64,000 nucleotides of DNA from Cyanidioschyzon merolae. Taxonomy: Eukaryota. Both the position numbers and the translations under genes were made by a program. A model generated the notes under the pieces. That model was not told where the DNA came from. It did no database searches and saw only the letters and a list, made by a program, of their open reading frames with translations. How positions within the stretch are numbered: position 1 is the stretch's first letter; every line of letters starts with the position of its first letter. Below are positions 1-10,821 of this stretch, piece by piece. The DNA lies in the NCBI GenBank assembly GCA_000091205.1, contig AP006495.2. One strand, given 5' to 3'.

Positions 1-184
1 GTGCTGGCAGGAACTGGAATGCCCAATATCGTTCCCTTCACGGTAACGCCACAACAAGGCACTGTACCATGGATACTAATCCCAATTGACGGTGTCTATA
101 TCCTCAATGCAATCGAAGAGTAGCGCGCGCTCACCATAACATCGAGTGTCGCTTCCCAGTGTATCTGTCCGCGCCTGCGGAGCA

Positions 185-1087
185 TTACGCGGATCCATGA
201 TCCTCGCTTTTCGAGTTTTGCACGGTTTCTGTGTCATCCATCCGCGGAACCGCTTCTGGCGATGCGATCTTTCCGATCCAGCAGGCACCCTTGCCACCAG
301 TGACGCGTCGATACTCCGCGTGACGGATCACAAACTCCGCAAAACTGCTCACCGAAGCGATGCTATTCGCCTCGGACATGCCAAAGAGAACACAGGCGAG
401 GTTGGCCATGTCCAGGGGCCCCCGCATCTGCATCGGTGACTCTGCACCGGATACCAAAACACAACGCGACCCACGGTTCGTTCTTTGACACACCGTACGG
501 CTGTTCTGAAGCGCATATCGTCGCGCAACCTGGTCGCGCGTCAGCAGCGACGCTAGACTTAACTCGAATAGAATACCGCGCTTGGCACATGCATGCACTT
601 GCGTGCGTTTCAGTTGAAAACTAGCTCGCGTGGCTGATGGGAAACTGATCAGATCAATACAATCCAGTAACATAGCCTGCTGTAGCAACTTCTCTTCCGA
701 TACCTCTACAGCGAGGATATCATAGCTCAGCAGCGACTCGTTCGCTGCGTTGAACACATAGAGATCCGCTGCCTCCTGGACGCGCACGGTCAGGCGGTGA
801 AGCACCCGAAACGCAGGTCGAAACGACGGCGTCAAGACCGTGTTCACTGGTGACGTTGCGTCAAGTGGAGCTTGCGTTCCTGCTAGCTCCGGGTCCACGA
901 CGACCAGCGCCCGAGTGCTGCAGGCGTGCCCGGGTTCCAAACGACCCGAGACTGTCGTGTTCAGGGCAATGCCTCGATAGCCACTTTCCTTCGCAGCGGT
1001 TATGAGGGCTCGAACATCGCCTACTGTTGTGTGCCCGTGCCGTACATTCACAGCCAGGTCCCAGAAGGCGCCACGAACCATCAGCAA
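185..1087 (-). CDS. RPP30: Ribonuclease P/MRP protein subunit p30 (Rpp30/Rpp1 family)
   Basis: The 300-aa ORF aligns along its length with the human Rpp30 pattern: AFWDLAVNVRHG resembles MAVFADLDLRAG, and YDILAVEV, RGILFELSLASLL, RRYALQNSRTVC, SGAESPMQMRGPLDMANLACVLFGMSE match conserved Rpp30 blocks. The true start may be an internal Met a few codons in. Confidence 0.7.
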   Translation of the reverse strand: MLMVRGAFWDLAVNVRHGHTTVGDVRALITAAKESGYRGIALNTTVSGRLEPGHACSTRALVVVDPELAGTQAPLDATSPVNTVLTPSFRPAFRVLHRLTVRVQEAADLYVFNAANESLLSYDILAVEVSEEKLLQQAMLLDCIDLISFPSATRASFQLKRTQVHACAKRGILFELSLASLLTRDQVARRYALQNSRTVCQRTNRGSRCVLVSGAESPMQMRGPLDMANLACVLFGMSEANSIASVSSFAEFVIRHAEYRRVTGGKGACWIGKIASPEAVPRMDDTETVQNSKSEDHGSA

Positions 1088-1420
1088 AGCGCTATCTACA
1101 TGGGCATGGTGCGTATGCTAGCAGGACGCTTGTGAGCGCACTTGCAAAAAGCTGCTTGTGGGAACTATTTTTTTTGATACATATATTGACATAGATGCAG
1201 CGATGCGCTCGCGCGTGTGCAAGGCGTCCCGCTTCATACGCTCGCTTCTGGTACCGGTTGTTGCTGCTGGACTCGACAGAGCACACGTTTCTGTCGGGTC
1301 GGGCGACAGCCTGGTCGCCAACACGAGTCTCCAAGCTTTGTTCGCTAATCCCGATAGGGTTCCGGTGTGCATTAGAGGCTGGTGTAAGAGAGCAAAACTG
1401 CGGAAACAAACCCGGAGCGT

Positions 1421-2833
1421 ATGCGAGTCTTGGAGCGATTATTTTGGCGGTCTGAGCGAGCGGGGCGACCGCAGGGTTCGTCCCTGGACCAAGTGCCCGG
1501 AAACGAGTCTCAAGCGTTAGGGGACCTGTCTGGGGAACTGGAACACCCCAGGTCAGGGTTTCGAGACGAGCTCGCGGTTCGAGATTCCACACATGCCCAC
1601 AGCGACAACAGTGGCGGCACCGGCACCGATCGTGCTATACCAGCGTTGTCGAAAAGACTCAGTGGTGGTGGTGCTTCCGGCGAAAGCACCACCATGGTGC
1701 GTGCTTTTCCTGAGCACCAACGTCTGAAAGCATTCCAGGAGCTCGAGTGCCTTGCCTTTGACGAGAAAGGCAACTTTGAGAGGCGAGCGGTCTCCCGACT
1801 GGAGCTCCTTCGAGCAGCGCGCTCTGTCCAGTCTGCCCTGATCGACTATCCGCCGTTGCTCAGCGATTCGGGCGATGACCTCAGCCAGGAACAAATAGCG
1901 AAACTGATGAAACGTCGCCAAAAGCGGATACATGAATATAGACAGAACTTTCTGCAGATTCGGGATCTGCGTCAGATTGATCCGAGTTTCGCCTCGAAGA
2001 CAGCGCTTTGGGTACGTCAGAACGTACTTATTATCAGCTTGTTGCATATTCGGGCACTAATTTTTGCAGATCGTCTTCTGCTTTTCGACCCGGACGCACC
2101 GGAAGTGCAAGAGACCTCGTTGGTGATTCGAGAACGGCTGCGCTCGGTGCCGGTCGATCGTGATGTCTACGCGCCGTTCGAGTTCCGTGCGCTGGAGGCT
2201 TGCTTCATATGCGTTTGTAACGCCCTGGAGCGAGAGCTCGGTGCGTTTGAGCCTTACTTGATGCAGCTTTTGGAAGATCTCTCTCGAGAGTCTACCATGC
2301 AGAAGATTGAATCACTGCGAATGCTCAAACTACGCTTGAACGGATTTCTAGCGAAAGCACAGGATATTCGTCAGACGCTCAAGTCGGTACTGGATGAAGA
2401 TGAAGATATGGCCCGACTCTATTTGACTGAGCTCCGAAAGCAGCATGGCAAACCGCGTACGACTGAGGATCACGAAGCTGCCGAGCAGCTACTCGAGTCG
2501 TATTTGCAGTTGGTGGACCACGTTCACAACCGAGCTGAGCTCCTCGACGCAGCCACAAGCGATACGGAGGATCTCCTGAGTATCCAGTTGGACGCGATGC
2601 GGAATCGACTGCTTGTTCTCGATATGTCGATTAGTGTGGTCACGGGCGCCTTCAGCTGGGCGGATGTCGTCATCGGGCTTTTTCACATGAATTTGCAGCT
2701 TCCAATCTATGGGGAGAACGGCGGTAGTGTCGGCTGGTTTATCGGTGTAGTTTTTGTGATGCTCGCCTGGGCACTCCTGCTTGTGGCCATCATGTTCACT
2801 TGGATTCGACGCTCGGGTCTTTGGCATGCGTAA
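1421..2833 (+). CDS. MRS2/CorA-family Mg2+ transporter (mitochondrial inner-membrane type)
   Basis: The C-terminal block SDTEDLLSIQLDAMRNRLLVLDMSISVVTGAFSWADVVIGLFHMNLQLP matches the Mrs2 region DDTEDYINIQLDNHRNQLIQLEL...FGMNF, and two C-terminal TM helices follow. The canonical GMN motif reads HMN here. Confidence 0.65.
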   Translation: MRVLERLFWRSERAGRPQGSSLDQVPGNESQALGDLSGELEHPRSGFRDELAVRDSTHAHSDNSGGTGTDRAIPALSKRLSGGGASGESTTMVRAFPEHQRLKAFQELECLAFDEKGNFERRAVSRLELLRAARSVQSALIDYPPLLSDSGDDLSQEQIAKLMKRRQKRIHEYRQNFLQIRDLRQIDPSFASKTALWVRQNVLIISLLHIRALIFADRLLLFDPDAPEVQETSLVIRERLRSVPVDRDVYAPFEFRALEACFICVCNALERELGAFEPYLMQLLEDLSRESTMQKIESLRMLKLRLNGFLAKAQDIRQTLKSVLDEDEDMARLYLTELRKQHGKPRTTEDHEAAEQLLESYLQLVDHVHNRAELLDAATSDTEDLLSIQLDAMRNRLLVLDMSISVVTGAFSWADVVIGLFHMNLQLPIYGENGGSVGWFIGVVFVMLAWALLLVAIMFTWIRRSGLWHA

Positions 2834-3753
2834 CGTTTGGAGTGTTCGAACAAAACTGCGGATCCTGCACAAGCCGGAACGCTGGCTAGTATGTTGCGTG
2901 AACGCCGCGAGAGAGATGGACGGTATCCGTGCGCTTTGGACCATACGCATGGACATGGGTCAGACTGCTTCGCCCGAGGAACCTTGAAACCGATGAGGCC
3001 TGACCAGCTGCGCATTTCAGCAGCAACTCGGCGAGTCTGTCGAGACACAACAGAGACCAGGTTCGGAGACCGCTTTCGATCTTGAATGGATCATCGTCTT
3101 GGCGATACGCTTTCCACCCAGATGGCGTTGACCAAAGCACTGATAAACCTTTGTCTTTCGAGAGCGAATCACGCGGAACTTTGTTCCTTCATAATATCCC
3201 CCGAATGAGCAAACGTGAATAGGCTTGCAGAGGCTGAGGAGCACTCGTTCATGCACAACATGGATCCGTCAACTGATAGACCGATCTGATCCTTTTGAGG
3301 AAAAACATGTTCAGCGCATGGAAGATATCCGGCGAACGTTTACGGCGGCTATTGCCTGCTTCTATATGATGGTAAGCAGTCAATAGCCGTGAATATATTC
3401 TTCTGACAATCATATGTTTTGTATTGTCTTCTTCATACTACACTGGGCATTGAAACTCACGCCGTGCTTTCCCCGGGCGCTGCTGGAGAGCACTTTCGGA
3501 ATCATGAAGCCGGCTTCGGCCAGCGCACCAGTCTGGGACATAGTGGATGAAGTGGCTTGCTCAGAAACACTCCGTCGTCGTCCTCCATTGCTGGTCACAG
3601 ACGTCGCCAATGAGGAGCAGGTTCTGCAGCGCCGAAACAACGCCCAAAGCGCCGCTCTATTCTAAACACCTCTGCCCTGAGCGAGGCGACAATTGCTTTC
3701 CATAGATGCGAATTATAGATAGAAGTACCGAGTAACGGAATGTTCTTATCCAT

Positions 3754-4503
3754 CGAATAGCCAGGAAAAACTGTACATGGTGAATTGGTGTGGTGCTCGG
3801 GTCTTGCAGTATTGCTGAACCGTTCTGTATCAGCGTGTGAGCAGAGGCGGGAATCCGATTCTCCCTCTTGAACAGTGATGTTTCTCCATTGCATATAGAT
3901 TCCGTTTCCAGCACCAGGGCCTCACTGGGTGCCAGAGGATTCCCTCAGAACTTCGCTCGACACCAAGCCGGTGGACGCGATGGCAACAAGCGCCCGTCCC
4001 GGATGTTCAGCGAGGCGATCATTCGTAGGTGCAGAGTGTCCTTGAGCGCATTCTTGCCGGGGGAATCATGCTACAGCATGCCTCCGATCTTCGATAGCTC
4101 CGCAATCTGAAATTTGATCAGCTTGCTGTTCGCCATCTCGTGAATCTGGCTCTGTCTCATGCTCTTCTTCTGTATTCGTTTCACTGTGCACCGGTACTGG
4201 CGATGCACGTACATCGTCCTGAACGCATCTATGGGAATCGTGCAGCATCGATTCGTGCACTTGCTTGGTGCTGTCGCTGAGGGCACAGGATTAGACTCTT
4301 GGGGTGGTACACAGCCCCCGTAGACATAGGCTACCACAACGCGACGAGAGTAATCGGTCATTTCCTTGCTGGGAGCCCCCAGAGGGCTTTGGTGAATGCA
4401 CGCATCTTGCCTCTGTAGAACCGGAGCCCGTCGGGGGCGTCAGTGCAGTCGCATGTGCTGCTCATACAGGTCCTTCGCATGAGCCATGTGGACGCCTTCG
4501 TAC
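3754..4503 (+). repeat. 750-bp dispersed repeat, copy 1 (direct repeat partner at 18034-18780)
   Basis: Direct comparison of the two regions shows about 10 mismatches over about 750 bp. The common ends are AATAGCCAGG...CCTTCGTACT. There is no TG..CA terminus and no obvious TSD or TIR. Confidence 0.8.
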
Positions 4504-6309
4504 TTTCTCTACGTGAAGCATACAAAGCTCCTGCCTCTGATCGAGACGGTGCTCAGAGGGCCATGATGGATCCTGGCACCCCCATTCGTGTCCTTGACAT
4601 GTCCCGTTGCCTGCATTATGCTCGACTGCCGATAATAAGGAGCTCTGAAAAAGTTGAGCAGCTTCATCTACTTTTCGTTCAGGTCCTCGGCTGCGTTCTC
4701 TTGATCTAGAGCCCAGTGACCTCCATGATATTCTTAAACATGGGATGCACGCACAGAAGAAAGGTTTTCTCTTTTTCTTTTCTGAACGCTTGAAACGGAG
4801 TCCCGTTGCCTGACGAAGGCCTGGATTCTACCACGTGCATATAGACTACAACGCCGTTGATCTCTCTCGTGTTCAGGAAGATTTTCCGTTCCATCCCGTT
4901 GAGCGAGCAACCCTGAATGAGCTCTGCCAATGCCGCATGCAAACTTGTCTGAATCTTTCATTTTTGCTCGCATAGACCAGCTCTCTCGTCGCCTTGTCCT
5001 TTACATGGCCGGATTGTATGCATCTGGTGACCAGATCCTCTATTTGTTTGTTTTCCTTGGAACCCAGGCACTTTGGGAGAACAGTGGTTATGAATCTGAC
5101 CTCATCTATGAGTGGATCTACTCATCCTCGAGCACCTTTTTGTCTACACCAACGCGAGCACGCCCGCAGACCGAGACGCACCTTTCCGCCTCCTGGACTG
5201 CGCGAGCTGACGGGCATCAGAGCAGCTCAGGCTTCGTGAATGCCGAACAGGATTCGTCGAAGACCGGTGTCGCGGACTCGAACAACTCTTCTATTGATCC
5301 GGGGATGTTAGAATGGCGTTCCACATCAGAGGAAGCGATGTCCTCTTGATTGAACCAAGGGGAGCGTGCTTGCACGAACTGCAGCTCAATTAGAATCTAA
5401 GCTGTGTACTCTTTGATCGCTTTTGAGCGGTCGAAAGTAACGTTGTGTTAGAGCAGGGCAGAGCGATATAGAGAGGCATAGGTATGAAACGTGCTCTGAG
5501 AAAGGATGAGGTATGGATCGGTTCCATCCGATTGGCGATTTGTAGGCGATACACGACTGCATTGTCGCTGGGGCTGAAGCTGTCGTCATGCTCGCTTGTC
5601 GCTTCTTAACGATAAGCGGGTTTTCCTTCCCGGAGTACCCAGGTACAGGTCTAGCATTCCTCTCGCGAAAGAAGTCTCATCGCGTGAGAGGAGCATTCGT
5701 CGCTCCTGTAATACGCATTGATGATCCAATACGAAATTGATCACGTGCTGCGCAGGGCACGACAAACTCCCACAGAAGCGCACTTTCATCTCCGTCCATC
5801 TGTTCGTCTTCATCACCAGTCGAATCAAATGTGCGGAAAACTTCACATACCATGGCTTCTCTAATTGTATTGCTTAGAGAATGTATGGAATACAATGGGT
5901 TGACGAGTAGACATTCGCGCGGATAGATTTCATCAATTTCTGTTTCGGGTGCATAACGTTCAGACCGAGGACTACGACAAATGCGGTTCATCCACTTGCT
6001 AACCGTCAACTAACTGACTTGTGCAAAGTAGGCCTATTTTTCCGGCTAGCAATGACAGCACAAGTCTTTCGATGACCTTGCCCCAATGCATCGTATGCAT
6101 TTCTTGTGCTGACTACCTCTGAGAAAACCGAACAGAAACAAAAACGGTGTGCTGTTGCAGGTATCCCTGAATGCACTGCGCTGTGGCTCAGGAGAGGCGG
6201 CGCATGAACGCCAACGCGTAGCAGCGATACGATCCCTTCGAAACCGGAGAGCGTCAAAACGCTTTCGTACTCATTTTTTTCGAGGCACTCTCGTCGGCTT
6301 TCTCCCAGC

Positions 6310-9300
6310 ATGACCGCCTGGAAGCAGCTTGCTGCAGTAGATGTTGGTACGGTACGTCAGAAAGTCACCGTGGAAAAGCATCGCTCCACAACAAGCGGCA
6401 TCACCGTGTACCTGGCTCAGGTGCCGGGGCCACTCGTATGCGGAACGCTCGTTTTCGCCACCGAAGCACACAGCGATGCCGGCGAACCGCACTGCTTGGA
6501 GCACCTTGTCTTTATGGGAAGTGAGTCATATCCTTACAAAGGCGTGTTAGATCTCGTTGCAAATCGCTCGCTCGCCCAGGGAACGAACGCCTGGACGGAG
6601 ACCGATCATACGGCGTTCACCGTGGAGACAGTTGGGGCTCGTGCCTTCCTCCACGTCCTACCTGTGTACCTGGATCACCTGTTTTTTCCTCTACTTCGAG
6701 AGTCCGCGTTTCGGACAGAGGTCTACCACGTGGTTGGCGAAACTTGTGCGGACGCCGGTGTGGTCTACTCCGAAATGGAAGCCCGTGAAAACACTGCAGA
6801 GTCGAAAGGCCTCTTGCGCTGCCTCCGCAGCCTCTACGGCGAGCCTGCTCGTTGCGGATACGCTGCTGAAACAGGAGGCATCCTGGACGAAATACGCCAG
6901 CTTACCAATGAGCGCGTCCGAGCCTACCATCAACAGTTCTATCGTCCGGATAATTTCGCTTTATTCGTATCTGGCGTGGTGGACCGCGATCTCCTCTTCG
7001 CTACGCTATCAAGATTCGAGCAAAGGCTCGTCAGCGTATTCACAGCGACGCATAGACGACCGTGGTCGGAAAGGGTGCCGCCAGCGCCCCGCTTTGGCCT
7101 CGTGCGGGAGCGGGTGCTCTTTCCTGCCGAACGAGCTGACTGTCCAGACGAGGCCACCGATGACACCGGTATCGTCTTTATCGGATGGAGAGGTCCGCCC
7201 ATCCATGACCTGGTCATGCGTACCGCGATCGAGGTCATGAACGACTACTTGAGCGAGTCGGGGAACGCACCGCTTCAGGAAGCATTGGTGGAGTGCAGCG
7301 ATGCCTTCTGTAACGATGTTTCCTTCATGCAGATGGATTTTCGGATCACTGCCAACATCCTTCAGGTGGAAAACGTTCCAATGCATCGATTGGATGATGT
7401 CTTTGATCGTGTTATGGGGATTCTGGAGGTCACCCACGAGCAGGGCATCGATGTGAACGGACGTTTGCGTACCATCATCGAGCGCCGGCGCCGGCAGTTC
7501 TTTGCCGCCCTGGAGGACGGAGCGAACGATGCGATCCTATCATTGCTTATCCCGGAGTTTTTATACAACGATCAGGATGATCAGGGGTATTTTCGACAGG
7601 CACTCGACATGCCAGGGGTGCTGGCGCACTTGGCTGCTCTCGATGAGTCATTTTGGCGAGAGCACATCCTGCGGCGTTGGTACCTACCTGGGGATGGGGA
7701 TCACGGGGCCTCGCTGGTCAGCTGCATTGTCTGCCAACCAAGCAAAGATGAGGCAAATCGTTTGCGCACAGAGGCTGCACTACGTATCCAAGAGCGTCTG
7801 GAACGCTTGAGTGCTGCCGAGCGCGTCGCCCTGGGTCAGCGGCTGCAAGAGTCCGTGGCGGAGCACCAGGTGTCTATCCCGGAGAGCTTAGTCCCGGTGT
7901 GCTCTGGGTTGCTTGACCCTGCGAGCATCTCTCGTTTTCGGGTGGAAACGATTCGTATCGATGATGTGGGCAGCGGCGTGCGACTGCAAATTGACGACGT
8001 CGATTCCGAGTTTGTGCGGTTAACAGCGCTGTTGGATACTCGGGGCCTGAGCGGGCGTCAGCGGCTTCTCTTGCCACTGTTTTTGGAGACGCTCTTTAAC
8101 ACTCGCGTCGGAGAGCGCGATCATCGTGCGGTACGGGATGCGCTGTTGGCGGATACCGTGGATTACGGGTGCGCAATAGGACTCTCGAAAGAAGGTGGCG
8201 ACGCTGGTGCTGGCTTCGCCATTGGTGCGTTCTCCCAGCTGATTTCCGTAACCATCAAATCGGAACGAGCGCTCTACGAAACCTGTGTGCACTGGCTCTA
8301 CGATATTCTGTATCGCTCTCAACTGGAAACCAATCGAGTGCGTATCGCTGCACAGAAACTATTGAACGACGTAGCGCAGCACCGTCGTGACGGCTCCGCA
8401 CTCGTGGCATGGCTCTCGAACGAGGTCCTCTACGGGGCGAACGACGAGGCCAATATTCCAGCGATGGCACCCTTTCGCCAGCGCCACTTGTTGCGACAGG
8501 TTTTGAAGCTGCTGGGTGAAAATCGCAACGATCGTGATGAGGATGAACACGACGACGACGATGAACACGACGGCGATATGAAGTACGACGACTGCGGCGA
8601 AGCGCACAGCTTTGACGCTCCCGAACGCGTCATTCCGTCTACGCTGCACCACCGGGCAGATGAAATGCCGTCGAGAGTCTGGACGGCGAACGCGCTCGCC
8701 ACGGATGCTTCTGCTTCTCCGGACTGGTCAAGGACGACGGGCACAAGCCAGCGATATTCGATGACAGCGCTGCTTGATGAGCTGGAGGCGCTGCGAAGAA
8801 GCCTCACAAGTCCCGGCAAGGTGTTCTTGCATGCCGTTTTACATTGCGATGAGCGTTTAGATGCCCTGTTAGAGCCGTGGAAGCAGACGTTTGGTGTTAT
8901 CAGCGGGATGCTCCCGAACGGCAACGGCCCGCTACCAGCTCATCCACAACTCGTTCAGTTTTCGCACGAGGTGCGCCCCAGTGCATCAGTGCCGCGCCGC
9001 TGCATCGTCGCCGGTGTCGACGGTGTCGATTCGTGTTACGCAAAACTCATCTCCGATGGACCGAAGAGCTTTCTGGACCCGGATTATCCGCTCTATTTGG
9101 TTTTGTTTGAACTGCTCGATGCACTCGAGGGACCGCTCTGGCGTGATATCCGGGGCGCTGGCCTCGCCTACGGATACAATCTCGGGTGTACGCCCGAGTC
9201 GGGGACGGTGTCTCTGAGCTTGTACCGCTCGACTGCTTTCGAGGGCGCCTTGTCTGCGGCGTTGGGCGTATTAGAGCGGTTTCATCAGCAACCTCAGGAG

Positions 9301-9657
9301 CTAATCGATGAAAACACCGTTGCATCGGCGTGCTCAGGCGTCTTGTGCACGCTGCTGAACCAGGAGAGCACAGTCGAGGCTGCGGCTTTCCAGCGACTAT
9401 GCAACAGTTGTCGCGGTTTCGAAGGTGACTATACCGGCGAGCTTCTGGCCAAGGTTATTAACGTGACGCCCGCGAAGCTTACCGAGTTTGCAACTCGGGT
9501 CTTGGCGGCTTTTCGCCTCGAGCATTGCCTTGTGACGGTTGTAACGAATCCCGCCAAGGCTCCTGCTGCCATGGAGGTGCTCCAGTCCAGAGGTGCGTTG
9601 CGCACTACCTGCGTCGATTCACTGGATGATTTTTTTGCATTGGAGAAAACAGTGTAA
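6310..9657 (+). CDS. Large M16-family (insulinase-like) zinc metallopeptidase-like protein, ~1115 aa
   Basis: The 1115-aa single ORF has an inverted zinc-binding motif HCLEH (HxxEH) near the N-terminus, followed by LVFMGSESYPYKG; size and layout resemble the long eukaryotic M16 homologues. It contains an acidic insert DEDEHDDDDEHDGD. Confidence 0.6.
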   Translation: MTAWKQLAAVDVGTVRQKVTVEKHRSTTSGITVYLAQVPGPLVCGTLVFATEAHSDAGEPHCLEHLVFMGSESYPYKGVLDLVANRSLAQGTNAWTETDHTAFTVETVGARAFLHVLPVYLDHLFFPLLRESAFRTEVYHVVGETCADAGVVYSEMEARENTAESKGLLRCLRSLYGEPARCGYAAETGGILDEIRQLTNERVRAYHQQFYRPDNFALFVSGVVDRDLLFATLSRFEQRLVSVFTATHRRPWSERVPPAPRFGLVRERVLFPAERADCPDEATDDTGIVFIGWRGPPIHDLVMRTAIEVMNDYLSESGNAPLQEALVECSDAFCNDVSFMQMDFRITANILQVENVPMHRLDDVFDRVMGILEVTHEQGIDVNGRLRTIIERRRRQFFAALEDGANDAILSLLIPEFLYNDQDDQGYFRQALDMPGVLAHLAALDESFWREHILRRWYLPGDGDHGASLVSCIVCQPSKDEANRLRTEAALRIQERLERLSAAERVALGQRLQESVAEHQVSIPESLVPVCSGLLDPASISRFRVETIRIDDVGSGVRLQIDDVDSEFVRLTALLDTRGLSGRQRLLLPLFLETLFNTRVGERDHRAVRDALLADTVDYGCAIGLSKEGGDAGAGFAIGAFSQLISVTIKSERALYETCVHWLYDILYRSQLETNRVRIAAQKLLNDVAQHRRDGSALVAWLSNEVLYGANDEANIPAMAPFRQRHLLRQVLKLLGENRNDRDEDEHDDDDEHDGDMKYDDCGEAHSFDAPERVIPSTLHHRADEMPSRVWTANALATDASASPDWSRTTGTSQRYSMTALLDELEALRRSLTSPGKVFLHAVLHCDERLDALLEPWKQTFGVISGMLPNGNGPLPAHPQLVQFSHEVRPSASVPRRCIVAGVDGVDSCYAKLISDGPKSFLDPDYPLYLVLFELLDALEGPLWRDIRGAGLAYGYNLGCTPESGTVSLSLYRSTAFEGALSAALGVLERFHQQPQELIDENTVASACSGVLCTLLNQESTVEAAAFQRLCNSCRGFEGDYTGELLAKVINVTPAKLTEFATRVLAAFRLEHCLVTVVTNPAKAPAAMEVLQSRGALRTTCVDSLDDFFALEKTV

Positions 9658-9963
9658 ACTTGCGGTCGAAGTGCTGATACGAAAGAAACGCGCTTCTCTT
9701 CAAGGCGCGGTGGTCTACAGCACGCGCCATGCGAATGGCACCTGCAAGACCCAAGTACACCTGCGATGCGACTTTGGTGCAATTAGCCGGAACGTTTGTC
9801 GCGAAAGCACTCCTGCTACTGCTCCTGGCTCTCTGCTTCCGCCAGCAATGTCCGTGTGTCGTGCGTCTTTCTCAAACGTTGCGGAGGCATCTAATGAACA
9901 GCCCTGTCTCGCGTGTATGGCCACCTTCACATCTGTGCGGAGCGCATTCCGTCGACAACGATT

Positions 9964-10821
9964 TCACGGCTGCAAACGCGTCATGCGCCATTGCATATCA
10001 TGGTCACTCGATTTCGAGTCCCTTTCGAAAAGCAGTCGATCGTGCAAACGGTTCGCGCGACCTTTCCAGAACTCCAAACGCAAAGCGTGAAGCCGATACC
10101 CGCCCCAATGTGGCGGTCGCGGTACTTCTCCATTCGCAAAGCGCTCCTCTACTTGGGCTGCTTGTCGCTCCAACGCTTCACGACTCGTAATTGGCCGAGA
10201 CTGCGCCGAGGCCCATGCACCCAGTCGCGAACCCAGAGGTCTCGATGCGAAATACGCATCCGAATCGGCAGTGGAGAGTCTCTCTACACTGCCTTCGACT
10301 CGGACGGAACGCTCTAGCTCCGGCCACCAGAATACGAGCGCTGCGCGAGGATTCCGGTCGAGTTCTTGCGCTTTCCTAGACTCGTAATTCGTATACCATG
10401 TGAACGTGGCTCTCTCGAGGTCGAGACCCTTGAGCAGAACCATTCGTGCAGCTGGAACCCCGTCAGGAGTCGCCGTTGCTAGCGTCATCGCGTTCGGCTC
10501 ATAACTCTTAACCCGAATCGCTTCATCAAACCACTTTTGGAACAGATGCATCGGCGAGCCTGCTGCACGAGCCTCCTCTTCGGTAAGCGGTGTATTCGAG
10601 TACTGTACTCGCAGTTTCGCGACCTCGTCGGTCATGGTAGCTCTCCAGCGCAAACTATGTGCCGTCCAACGAGCCAGGCGGGTACGCGTTTGTACTGTGT
10701 TGACGCACCTGCAAAACATCAAGCCTACGCCGCGCCTGAGTGCCTCCTGCAGCACTGGAGCGCCCTCTCTACAACGTGGCGTTTGACCACAGCGACGCCG
10801 CCCAGAGTCAGCGGAACGCAC
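9964..10821 (-). CDS. PNPO: Pyridoxamine 5'-phosphate oxidase (PNPO/PdxH)
   Basis: Strong family signature: LLKGLD...FTWYTNYESRKAQELDRNPRAALVFWWPELERSVRVEG...YFASRP...EVPRPPHWGGYRL...EFWKGRANRLHDRLLF. The true start is probably the internal Met at MTDEVAKL, since the track ORF begins at an alternative start upstream. Confidence 0.8.
   Translation of the reverse strand: MRSADSGRRRCGQTPRCREGAPVLQEALRRGVGLMFCRCVNTVQTRTRLARWTAHSLRWRATMTDEVAKLRVQYSNTPLTEEEARAAGSPMHLFQKWFDEAIRVKSYEPNAMTLATATPDGVPAARMVLLKGLDLERATFTWYTNYESRKAQELDRNPRAALVFWWPELERSVRVEGSVERLSTADSDAYFASRPLGSRLGAWASAQSRPITSREALERQAAQVEERFANGEVPRPPHWGGYRLHALRLEFWKGRANRLHDRLLFERDSKSSDHDMQWRMTRLQP

Noticed and set aside
3868-4361. Track ORFs inside the 750-bp repeat (80-aa plus strand; 64- and 96-aa minus strand) as genes
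   Set aside because: They overlap one another on opposite strands. The 10 differences between the two copies cause amino-acid changes in every frame rather than being synonymous-biased. No motif is recognisable. These are treated as non-coding repeat sequence.
6341-9325. Numerous 60-230-aa ORFs in alternative frames across the M16 peptidase, the 1012-aa membrane protein and other long genes
   Set aside because: They are embedded in and out of frame with much longer conserved ORFs; GC-rich sequence produces such open frames by chance.
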